From an uncultured Candidatus Rokubacteria bacterium (GTDB lineage: Bacteria; Methylomirabilota; Methylomirabilia; Rokubacteriales; DASRDR01): a stretch of DNA of 64,000 nt. The notes under the pieces were generated by a model. That model saw only the letters and a program-made list of their open reading frames with translations. It did no database searches and was not told where the DNA came from. Made by a program: the position numbers and the translations under genes. Below are positions 9,763 through 19,057 of the stretch, one piece after another (position 1 is the first letter of the stretch; each line of letters starts with the position of its first letter). The stretch lies in the NCBI GenBank assembly GCA_963708025.1, contig CAVPSB010000010.1, forward strand, positions 145,762 to 209,761. Direction: 5' to 3'.

Positions 9763-11853
9763 ATGAGCGTCACCTTCATCTTCGGCGTCCACAACCATCA
9801 GCCGCTCGGCAACTTCGATCATGTTCTTGAGGAGGCGGTCGAACGCGCGTATCGGCCGTTCCTCCAGACGCTCCACCGCTTCCCGGACGTCCGCGCGCTC
9901 GTCCATACCTCGGGCTTGCTGCTCGAGTGGTGGGAAGCCCACGCCCCCGACGTCCTCGACCTCCTGGCCGAGCTGGCCGGCCGGGGCCAGGTCGAGCCGC
10001 TGACCGGCGGCTTCACCGAGCCGATCCTGCCGCTCCTGCCCGACCACGACAAGGTCGGGCAGATCCGGGCGCTGACGGAGCGGGTGACAAAGCGCCTCGG
10101 CGTCCGGCCCCGGGGGATGTGGCTCGCCGAGCGGGTGTGGGAGCCGCACCTGGCCCGGCCGCTCGCCGAGGCCGGCGTCGAGTACATCCTGGTCGACGAC
10201 CACCACTTCGCGATGGCCGGGCTCGACCCGGACCAGCTCTCGGGCTACTACCTCACCGAGGAGCAGGGCGCGACCGTCGCGGTGTTCCCCATCAACCAGC
10301 GGCTGCGATACCAGATCCCCTTCGGCTCCGTCGAGCAGGTCTTCGCCATCCTCCGCGAGCGCGCCGCCAGCGGCGGGGCGCTCACCATGGTCGACGACGG
10401 GGAGAAGTTCGGGATCTGGCCCCACACCTACCACAGCGTCTACGAGGAGGGGTGGCTCGAGGCCTTCTTCGCCGGCCTGCCCCGGCAGCCGGGCGTGGAG
10501 CTGGCGACGGCGGCCGAGTACCTCGACCGCCACCCGCCCACCGGCCGCGTGTACCTCCCGACGACGAGCTACCGCGAGATGACCGAGTGGGCGCTCACCC
10601 CGGAGGCGGCCGCCGAGCTGGATCGCACGCGGCGAGCCGTCGAAGGCCTCGCCGGCCCGGCCGCCGCCCGGCTGCTGCGGGGTGGCTTCTGGCGGAACTT
10701 CCTGGTCCGCTACCCGGAGGTCAACGACACCTACCGCAAGATGCTCCGCGTGAGCAACCGCGTGGCGGCGGGCCTCGCCGTCCGGCCCACCGACCCCGGG
10801 CTGCTGGCCGCGCGGGACCTCCTCTGGCGGGGTCAGTGCAACGACGCCTACTGGCACGGCGTCTTCGGCGGGGTGTACCTGCCGCACCTCCGGCGGGCGG
10901 TCCGGGGGGCCCTGCTGGCCGCCGAGGCCCGGCTCGACGCGGCCGAGCCCGATGCCCCGCGCATCGTCCACGAGAGCGGCGACCTGGACGGCGACGGCGA
11001 CGACGAGGTGGGGATCCGGTCCGAGCGGCTGAGCCTGCTGGTCCGGCCGGCCGCCGGCGGCACGGTCACCGAGCTGGCGTACCGACCCCTGGCCTTCGAT
11101 CTCGCCGACGTGCTGACGCGGCGGCGGGAGATCTCGCACCTTCGTATCGCCGAGGCCGAGGAGGCCAGCGGTGCCGGCGCCGTCATGCGCACCATCCACG
11201 ACACGTGGACGGTCAAGGAGGTCGGGCTGGCCCGCCTGCTCGGCTACGACGCCCGACGGCGGTCCTGCCTGGAGGACTACCTCCTTGATCCGGACGGCCC
11301 GGTCGAGGTCGACCGGGCGTGGCTGGCGTTCCCGGCGCACCGATGCGCGGCGCGGATCGAGACGACGGCGGACCGCGTGGCCGTCGCGCTCGCCGCCGAT
11401 GGCCGGGCCGGCGAGACGCGCGTCGAGATGACGAAGGTCCTGGCGGTCCCGGCGGGCGCCGCCCGTCTCCAGGCCCGGTATCGGGTCCGGGCCGAGCGCC
11501 CCCTGGCGGCGCGGTTCGCGGTGCGGTGGAACCTCACCCTGAGCGGGCCGTCCGCCGATCGCTATCATCGCGGGGAGGGCGGCGAGATCCTCGCGCTGGA
11601 ATCGGTGGGAGAGCAGGAGGGGTCGCGGATCGCGCTGGTTGACGAGTGGCTGGGGCTGACGGCGACGCTGACCTGGAGCCCACGGGCGCGGATCTTCTGG
11701 GCGCCGGTCTACACGGTCTCGCTGTCCGAGGCGGGGCTCGAACGCGTGTGGCAGGGGGTCGAGCTGACCGTCGTGTGGCCGGTCGACCTCGGCCCCCGGC
11801 CGTGGAGCGCCGAGATGGCGCTGGGCGTCTCCCACCGGGAGGGCGGGGCGTGA
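9763..11853 (+). CDS. glycoside hydrolase family 57 alpha-glucan-active enzyme (amylopullulanase/4-alpha-glucanotransferase-like)
   Basis: FGVHNHQPLGNF GH57 N-terminal signature, ~700 aa. Internal ATG at 9763 chosen (the ORF-track start 9652 lies inside the repeat element). Confidence 0.8.
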   Translation: MSVTFIFGVHNHQPLGNFDHVLEEAVERAYRPFLQTLHRFPDVRALVHTSGLLLEWWEAHAPDVLDLLAELAGRGQVEPLTGGFTEPILPLLPDHDKVGQIRALTERVTKRLGVRPRGMWLAERVWEPHLARPLAEAGVEYILVDDHHFAMAGLDPDQLSGYYLTEEQGATVAVFPINQRLRYQIPFGSVEQVFAILRERAASGGALTMVDDGEKFGIWPHTYHSVYEEGWLEAFFAGLPRQPGVELATAAEYLDRHPPTGRVYLPTTSYREMTEWALTPEAAAELDRTRRAVEGLAGPAAARLLRGGFWRNFLVRYPEVNDTYRKMLRVSNRVAAGLAVRPTDPGLLAARDLLWRGQCNDAYWHGVFGGVYLPHLRRAVRGALLAAEARLDAAEPDAPRIVHESGDLDGDGDDEVGIRSERLSLLVRPAAGGTVTELAYRPLAFDLADVLTRRREISHLRIAEAEEASGAGAVMRTIHDTWTVKEVGLARLLGYDARRRSCLEDYLLDPDGPVEVDRAWLAFPAHRCAARIETTADRVAVALAADGRAGETRVEMTKVLAVPAGAARLQARYRVRAERPLAARFAVRWNLTLSGPSADRYHRGEGGEILALESVGEQEGSRIALVDEWLGLTATLTWSPRARIFWAPVYTVSLSEAGLERVWQGVELTVVWPVDLGPRPWSAEMALGVSHREGGA

Positions 11854-12230
11854 AGGTCCGTCCGGAGGACCTGCCGGTCCGCATCGACAAGCCCTGGGGA
11901 CACGAGATCTGGTACGCCTGGACCGACCGGTACGTCGGCAAGATCCTCCACGTCAAGCGCGGCGGGAAGTTGTCGCTCCAGTACCACCAGCGGAAGGACG
12001 AGACGAGCTACGTGCTGCGGGGCCGCTTGCTGCTCACCAAGGGGCCGAGCGTGGACCGGCTGACCGTGACCGAGGTCGGCGAGGGGCACACTTGGCGGAA
12101 CCGCCCCGGCGAGGTCCACACGATCGAGGGGCTGGAGGACGCCGACATCCTGGAAGTCTCCACGCCGGAGCTCGACGACGTGGTGCGACTCCGGGACCTG
12201 TACGGCCGCGAAGGAACCAGCAACCCCTGA
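11850..12230 (+). CDS. cupin-domain protein (mannose-6-phosphate isomerase-like small barrel)
   Basis: GTG at 11850 overlaps the GH57 stop. 126 aa with HxH...E...H-like cupin motifs (GHEIWY...HTIEG). Confidence 0.55.
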   Translation: MKVRPEDLPVRIDKPWGHEIWYAWTDRYVGKILHVKRGGKLSLQYHQRKDETSYVLRGRLLLTKGPSVDRLTVTEVGEGHTWRNRPGEVHTIEGLEDADILEVSTPELDDVVRLRDLYGREGTSNP

Positions 12231-12231
12231 C

Positions 12232-12431
12232 GGGCGGGGCCGATGAGCGTCGCAACGTCGATCTCGGTCGGGACGCGCTCGGCCTGCGGCCTCGCGTCCG
12301 TCCCGACCTATGGTCGTCCTCGGTCGTCGCCCATCCTCGGCGTATGCGGCAGTACGCCTGCGGTCGGCGACTCCCTGCGTCTGTCGGACGGGCTTCGGCC
12401 TGTGGGCGCTGCTCGCTCCTCGGCCCCGCCC
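12232..12431. repeat. MITE-like repeat family 1, full-length copy C
   Basis: 12-bp perfect terminal inverted repeats GGGCGGGGCCGA / TCGGCCCCGCCC. Internal near-palindrome GGCGTATGCGGCAGTACGCC. Begins 2 nt after the cupin gene stop. Confidence 0.8.
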
Positions 12432-12577
12432 GAGAGCTTCGCTTCCGTGCCACGACTCTAACGGTGTCGTCGGGGGTTCGTTCACCTTGAGCGGATGCGG
12501 AGGTGCGTGTTACACTACGCGGGTTTGGCACGGGCGCGGGCGGACCGCTCCCGAGAACCTCGGCTGAGGAGGCGGAG

Positions 12578-13729
12578 ATGGCGCACGACGAGTACCTGTT
12601 CACCTCGGAGTCGGTCACCGAGGGCCACCCCGACAAGATCGCGGACCAGATCTCCGACGCGGTGCTGGACGCGGTCCTGGAACAGGACCCGATGGGCCGG
12701 GTGGCCTGCGAGTCCCTCCTGACGACCGGCCTCGTCGTCGTGGCGGGGGAGATCACGACGTCCTGCTACGTGGACATCCCCCGGATCGCGCGCGAGACGA
12801 TCAAGAGCGTCGGATACACCCGCGCCAAGTTCGGCTTCGACTACGAGACCTGCGGCGTCATCGTGTCGATCGACGAGCAGTCCTCGGACATCGCGATGGG
12901 GGTGGACAAGCTCGGCGCCGGCGACCAGGGGCTCATGTTCGGCTACGCCTGCACCGAGACCCCCGAGCTGATGCCGGCGCCCATCTCGCTAGCCCACGCG
13001 CTCGTCCGGCGCCTGTCCGAGGTCCGCCGGGCGGGAACGCTGCCGTACCTCCGTCCCGACGGGAAGTCCCAGGTCAGCATCCGGTACGTCGATGGCAAGC
13101 CGGTGCGCGTGGAGACGGTCGTCATCTCCACCCAGCACAGCCCGGAGGTCACGCTCGAGCAGCTCCGCGCCGACGTCGTGCAGCACGTGGTCGCCCCGAC
13201 CATTCCGCCGGCCATGCTCGACCCGAAGCGGATCACCTACCACATCAACCCCACCGGCCGCTTCGTCATCGGCGGGCCGCAGGGAGACACCGGGCTCACC
13301 GGCCGGAAGATCATCGTGGACACCTACGGCGGCTCGTGCCCGCACGGCGGCGGCGCCTTCTCCGGGAAGGACCCGACGAAGGTAGACCGGTCGGCCTCGT
13401 ACATGGCGCGGCACGTGGCGAAGAACATCGTGGCGGCCGGCCTGGCCGAGCGCTGCATGGTCCAGGTCGCCTACGCCATCGGGGTGGCGGACCCGGTGTC
13501 GATCATGGTCGAGACCTTCGGAACCGGGAAGGTGCCGACGGCCAAGCTCGAACAGATGATCCGGCGCCACTTCGACTTCACCCCGGCCGGCATCATCAAG
13601 TACCTCGAGCTCCGGCGGCCCATCTTCCGGAAGACCGCGGCCTTCGGTCACTTCGGGCGGAGCGAGCCCGAGTTCAGCTGGGAGCGCGTGGATCGCGTCA
13701 AGGATCTGCGCGAAGACGCCGGCATCTAG
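12578..13729 (+). CDS. metK: S-adenosylmethionine synthetase
   Basis: [28 protein letters not shown]... with GAGDQG and DTYGG motifs. GAGGAGG RBS. The ORF-track start 12503 is over-extended. Confidence 0.95.
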   Translation: MAHDEYLFTSESVTEGHPDKIADQISDAVLDAVLEQDPMGRVACESLLTTGLVVVAGEITTSCYVDIPRIARETIKSVGYTRAKFGFDYETCGVIVSIDEQSSDIAMGVDKLGAGDQGLMFGYACTETPELMPAPISLAHALVRRLSEVRRAGTLPYLRPDGKSQVSIRYVDGKPVRVETVVISTQHSPEVTLEQLRADVVQHVVAPTIPPAMLDPKRITYHINPTGRFVIGGPQGDTGLTGRKIIVDTYGGSCPHGGGAFSGKDPTKVDRSASYMARHVAKNIVAAGLAERCMVQVAYAIGVADPVSIMVETFGTGKVPTAKLEQMIRRHFDFTPAGIIKYLELRRPIFRKTAAFGHFGRSEPEFSWERVDRVKDLREDAGI

Positions 13730-15013
<1,284 letters not shown>

Positions 15014-15017
15014 GCGT

Positions 15018-15087
15018 TTCGGGGGGGTCTGGGAAGACCCCCCCGATGCCCCCTCGGTCGTGGCGGCGCCGAAGCCGCCGCTCGGCC
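15018..15087 (+). repeat. REP-like element family 2 (G-run hairpin + conserved tail)
   Basis: GGGGGGGTCT-GGGA-AGACCCCCCC perfect 10-bp stem (15021-15044), followed by GATGCCCCCTCGGTCGTGGCGGCGCCGAAGCCGCCGC. Lies 5 nt after the ahcY stop. Confidence 0.75.
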
Positions 15088-15190
15088 ACTCTTCATGGCT
15101 CACCTCGCACTGGACGCGACACGGCATCCTCCGGCGGGCACGTAGGTCGCAGGAGGGCACGGCCCCTCTCCGCAGCCCCCCGCCGCGTGC

Positions 15191-16477
15191 GTGAGGCGTC
15201 GCCGCCACGCGCCGGGCGTCGAGCTCGAGCGCGAGGCCGGGAGGCCGGCGGCCGTGCGAGCTGAGCCCGGGGCCGCCCGGCGACTCCTCCCGCGGGGGCG
15301 GCTGGCCGCGATCGGCCTCGTCGTCGCGGTGCTCGGCGGAGGCTATGCAGGGGTGGCCCGCCTGGGTCCGCTCCCGGCGCCCCCGGACTGGCCGCCGGCG
15401 TCCGATCTGGCCGAGTACACGGCCGTCCTCCACGTCCACTCGCGGTACTCGCACGACGGCCGCGGCACCGTCGAGGAGATCGCCGCGGCCGCGGCCCGGG
15501 CCGGGGCCCGCGTCGTCTTCCTGACCGACCACAACACGCTGGCGCCCCTCAAGGACGGCAAGGAGTCCTGGTACGGGCCGACCCTGATCCTGGTCGGGAC
15601 CGAGGTCACCACCAACGCCGGCTATCTGCTGCTGCTGGATCCCGACCCGAACGCACCGGTGGAGCAGCGGGGTGCGGACTTCGCCACGGTCTTCGCGCGC
15701 TACCGCCAAGCCGAGTCGATCGTGCTGCTGGCCCACCCCGATCATCCACGGCTCGGGTGGCGCCAGGAGAGCCTGCCGCCGGTCGACGGCATCGAGGTCG
15801 TCGACGTCTTCGACCAGGTCGTGGCGGCGCCCGTGCAGCGCCAGATGCTGGGCCTCTTGGCCTATCCGGCCAACCCGGTCATGGCGATCCTGTCGGTCGT
15901 CCACTGGCCGCGCCGGGTGCTGGAGAGCTGGGACCGCCTGGCCCGGGAGCGGCCGACCATCGGCGTCCTGGGGCTCGATGCCCACGGCGGGATCGAGCTG
16001 ACCGAGGAGACCGGGGTGCGCTTCCCGTCGCACGAGACCGCGTTCCGGCTGGGCCAGCTCCACTTCGTGACCCCGGAGGCGCTGGGGCACGACGAGGCGG
16101 ACCGGATCCGTGTCTATCGCTCGCTGCGGGCCGGCCGGTTCTACAATGCCTTCGACGGGCTGGCCCCGGCCGCCGGCTTCCGGTTCGAGGCGCGGCGGGG
16201 AAGCCCCCCGGAAGTCGCGCTGATGGGCGACACGCTGCGGTCCGGAGAGGGCTGGACCTTCGAGGTACGGGTCCCGCCGGTGGGGGAGACGGCGGTCCGG
16301 CTGCTCCGCGACGGCGTGGTGGTGCACGAGGCCCCGGGGCCCGGACCGATCCGGATCCCGGCCGACGCGGCCGGGGTGTACCGTGTGGAGGTGGACATCG
16401 GCGTGAATCTCTTCCCGATCACGACGGCCCGGCGCATGCCGTGGATCTTCTCGAACCCCATCTACGTGCGTCCGTGA
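15191..16477 (+). CDS. membrane-anchored PHP-domain metal-dependent phosphoesterase
   Basis: N-terminal TM segment, then LHVHSRYSHDG (PHP motif I) and a later DAHGG segment, plus a C-terminal beta-rich domain. The exact start is uncertain. Confidence 0.6.
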   Translation: MRRRRHAPGVELEREAGRPAAVRAEPGAARRLLPRGRLAAIGLVVAVLGGGYAGVARLGPLPAPPDWPPASDLAEYTAVLHVHSRYSHDGRGTVEEIAAAAARAGARVVFLTDHNTLAPLKDGKESWYGPTLILVGTEVTTNAGYLLLLDPDPNAPVEQRGADFATVFARYRQAESIVLLAHPDHPRLGWRQESLPPVDGIEVVDVFDQVVAAPVQRQMLGLLAYPANPVMAILSVVHWPRRVLESWDRLARERPTIGVLGLDAHGGIELTEETGVRFPSHETAFRLGQLHFVTPEALGHDEADRIRVYRSLRAGRFYNAFDGLAPAAGFRFEARRGSPPEVALMGDTLRSGEGWTFEVRVPPVGETAVRLLRDGVVVHEAPGPGPIRIPADAAGVYRVEVDIGVNLFPITTARRMPWIFSNPIYVRP

Positions 16478-18028
16478 CGACCACGCTCGGGTCGCCCGTC
16501 GCCGGACTCGACCGGCCGGCCGAGGGGGCGGAGGCGACGCGCTGGCTCTGGTTCTTCCTGGCCGCCGTGACCGCGCTGCGCGTGGCGTACCTGGCCTCCG
16601 GGCGTCTCGACCTTTCGCCGGACGAGGCCCACTACTGGGAATGGTCGCGCCGGCTCGACCTCGCCTACTACTCGAAGGGTCCGCTCGTCGCCTACGTGAT
16701 CCGCGCCCTCACCGCCGTCCTCGGAACCTCGGCGCTGGCCATCCGGCTGGGCGCCGTGCTCCTCAGCCTGGCGGGCTCGCTCGCCATCTACCGGCTGGGA
16801 CGTCTCGCGTTCGGCGACCCGCGGGCGGGGCTGCTGGCGGTGGTCGGGCTCCAGCTCACCCCGCTCTTCTGGGCTGGCAGCCTGCTGATGACCATCGATC
16901 CGCCGTTCCTCGTGCTGTGGCTGCTGGCGCTGATCGGCCTCTACCGGGCGCTGGTCGGCGGGGGTCCGGGGGCCTGGGTGTGGGCGGGGGTCGCCGTCGG
17001 CGCCGGCCTCCTGGCGAAGTACACGATGCTCTTCGTCCTGCCCGGTCTCGCGCTGTACCTCTGGCGGGCCCCCGAGGCCCGCACCTGGCTCTCCCGGGCG
17101 GCGCCGTACCGGGGGGCGATCGTCGCGGCGGCGCTCGTCCTGCCGGTGGTGGTCTGGAACGCGGGCCGCGGCTGGGTCTCGGCCCGTCACGTGGCGAGCC
17201 AGGGGCGCGGCGGCGGGCTCACCTGGATCGAGCCGCTCGAGTTCGTCGGCGGCCAGCTCGGGGTCCTCACCCCGCTCGTGGCCGGGATCCTGATCTGGGC
17301 GCTCTGGTACGGCATCCGCGAGGGGCTCGTCCGCGGGCGGGAGCCGTACCGGTTCCTCACGGCGTTCGCGGCACCCATCCTCGGCTTCTATCTGCTGCTC
17401 TCGCTCCAGGGGAAGGTCCAGGCCAACTGGCCCGCCGCCGCCTATCCGCCGCTGGCCCTGGTGGCGGCCGGGGCATTGCTCGAGCGGGCCGCGCCGGGTG
17501 ACGCCCGCCGGCGGCGCCGCCAGCGCCGGCTCCTGGGCGCCGCCGCCGCCCTGGCCCTGACCGTGAGCCTGCTCGGCCACGCGGTCGACGTCCTCGGGGT
17601 CCCGCCGCGCCTCGACCCCACGACGCGCCTCCACGGCTGGCGAGCAACTCGGCGCCGCCGTGTCGGCGACCTGGCGCGCGATGCCGGCGCCGGAGCGCAC
17701 CTTCCTCGTCTCCGACCGGTACCAGATCACCAGCGAGCTGGCCTTCTATGGGCCGCCCGCGCCGCCCGCGTATAATGTCAACCTGGGCCGGCGGCTGAAC
17801 CAGTACGACTTCTGGGAGGGGCCCGATTCCCGTCGCGGCTGGGACGCCATCTACGTGCAGGAAGGGCTCGGCGCGCTGGACGAGCGGGTGGGTCGGGCCT
17901 TCGAGCGGACCGACGGGCCGGTCGTGGTCGAGGTGCGGCGCGGCGGCCGGCCGGTGCGGACGTTCGCCCTGTACCGTGGCTACGGGTTCCGGGGCTTCGC
18001 GGTACCCGACGGCGCACCCAGCTTCTAG
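16474..18028 (+). CDS. GT39/GT83-family (ArnT/PMT-like) polyprenyl-phosphate-sugar dependent glycosyltransferase; apparent 1-nt frameshift near 17641
   Basis: GTG at 16474 overlaps the PHP stop. DEAHYWEWSRRLDLAYYSKGP motif and multiple TM helices. The C-terminal ~120 aa (RYQITSELAFYG...NQYDFW) continue in another frame after ~17641. Confidence 0.65.
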
Positions 18029-18029
18029 C

Positions 18030-18208
18030 GGGCGGGGCCGATGAGCGTCGCATCGCGTCGTCCTCCATCTCGGCCGGGACGCGCTCGGCCTGCGGCCTCG
18101 CGTCCGTCCCGACCTCTGGGGTCGTCGCCGATCCTCGGCGTACTCGGAGTACGCCTCCGGTCGGCGACTCCCTGCGTCCTAGCGCTGCTCGCTCCTCGGC
18201 CCCGCCCC
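18030..18208. repeat. MITE-like repeat family 1, full-length copy D
   Basis: Same TIRs as copy C. Internal palindrome GGCGTACTCGGAGTACGCC. Begins 2 nt after the GT39 stop and separates it from the GT2 gene. Confidence 0.8.
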
Positions 18209-18265
18209 CAGGGACGGGACTCGTCTGCCATGACTTTGGCGCTCCAGGGAAGCTAGATCAACGAG

Positions 18266-19057
18266 GTGAGCGGTCCGTCCCCGGTGCCGTCGCCGCCGTT
18301 GCTGTCGGTCGTGATCCCGGCCTACGACGAGGAGCCCAACGTCGAGGCGTGCTACCGTGAGCTCGTCGACGTTCTGGCCCCCCTCGGGCAGCCGTTCGAG
18401 GTGATCTTCGTGGACGACGGCTCGACCGACGGGACGTTCGCCCTCCTGGCGCGGCTGGCCGAGGCGGACGGGCGCATCCGCGCCCTTCGGCTCCGGAAGA
18501 ACGCGGGGCAGACGGCGGCGCTGGCGGCCGGCTTCCGGGCGGCCCGAGGCGACGTCGTGGTCACCCTGGACGCCGACCTCCAGAACGACCCGCGGGACAT
18601 CCCCACGCTGCTCGGGGCGCTCCCGGGCTGCGACGCGGTCTGGGGGTGGCGCGTGAGCCGGCAGGACCCGTGGACCAAGCGGGTGGCGTCGCGGACGGCG
18701 AACGCCGTGCGGCAACACTTCACCCGGGACGGCGTGCACGACACCGGCTGCCCGCTGAAGGTCTTCCGCCGGGCGGCGCTCGATCGCCTCACCCTCTACC
18801 GGGGCATGCACCGGTTCCTGGCCGCGCTGCTCCAGATGGAGGGCTTCCGGGTGCGCGAGGTCCCCGTGCGCCACCGGCCGCGCCACGCGGGTCACTCGAA
18901 GTACGGCAACTGGGGCCGGATGTGGGCCGGGCTGGCCGACCTGTGGGCCGTCCGGTGGATGGCCCGGCGGCGCCTCGACTACGAGATCGCCGAAGAGGCC
19001 ACGCAGGAGCGACCCCCAGCTGGGACACCCCCCCCGGTTGGAGAACGCCCACGATGA
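18266..19057 (+). CDS. GT2 polyprenyl-phosphate glycosyltransferase (DPM1/ArnC/GtrB-like)
   Basis: VVIPAYDEE...FVDDGSTDGT...DADLQNDP motifs. C-terminal amphipathic/TM tail. Confidence 0.85.
   Translation: MSGPSPVPSPPLLSVVIPAYDEEPNVEACYRELVDVLAPLGQPFEVIFVDDGSTDGTFALLARLAEADGRIRALRLRKNAGQTAALAAGFRAARGDVVVTLDADLQNDPRDIPTLLGALPGCDAVWGWRVSRQDPWTKRVASRTANAVRQHFTRDGVHDTGCPLKVFRRAALDRLTLYRGMHRFLAALLQMEGFRVREVPVRHRPRHAGHSKYGNWGRMWAGLADLWAVRWMARRRLDYEIAEEATQERPPAGTPPPVGERPR

Noticed and set aside
12524-12545. Sigma-54 promoter call at TGGCACG (also 33329)
   Set aside because: The -24 GG/TGGCAC element is present but the -12 TTGCW element at the required 10-11 nt spacing is absent in both cases. Retained only as a low-interest shared-motif observation.
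12432-12577. Possible SAM riboswitch in the ~145-nt metK leader
   Set aside because: I compared the leader with the SAM-I, SAM-II and SAM-IV consensus cores (YUCUUAUCAAGAG/GGUGCCAAUUCC, the AAAGC...AAAAAGCU box, GUCACGAG...GCAACC). No convincing match or obvious P1-P4 architecture was found. An Infernal scan would be decisive.
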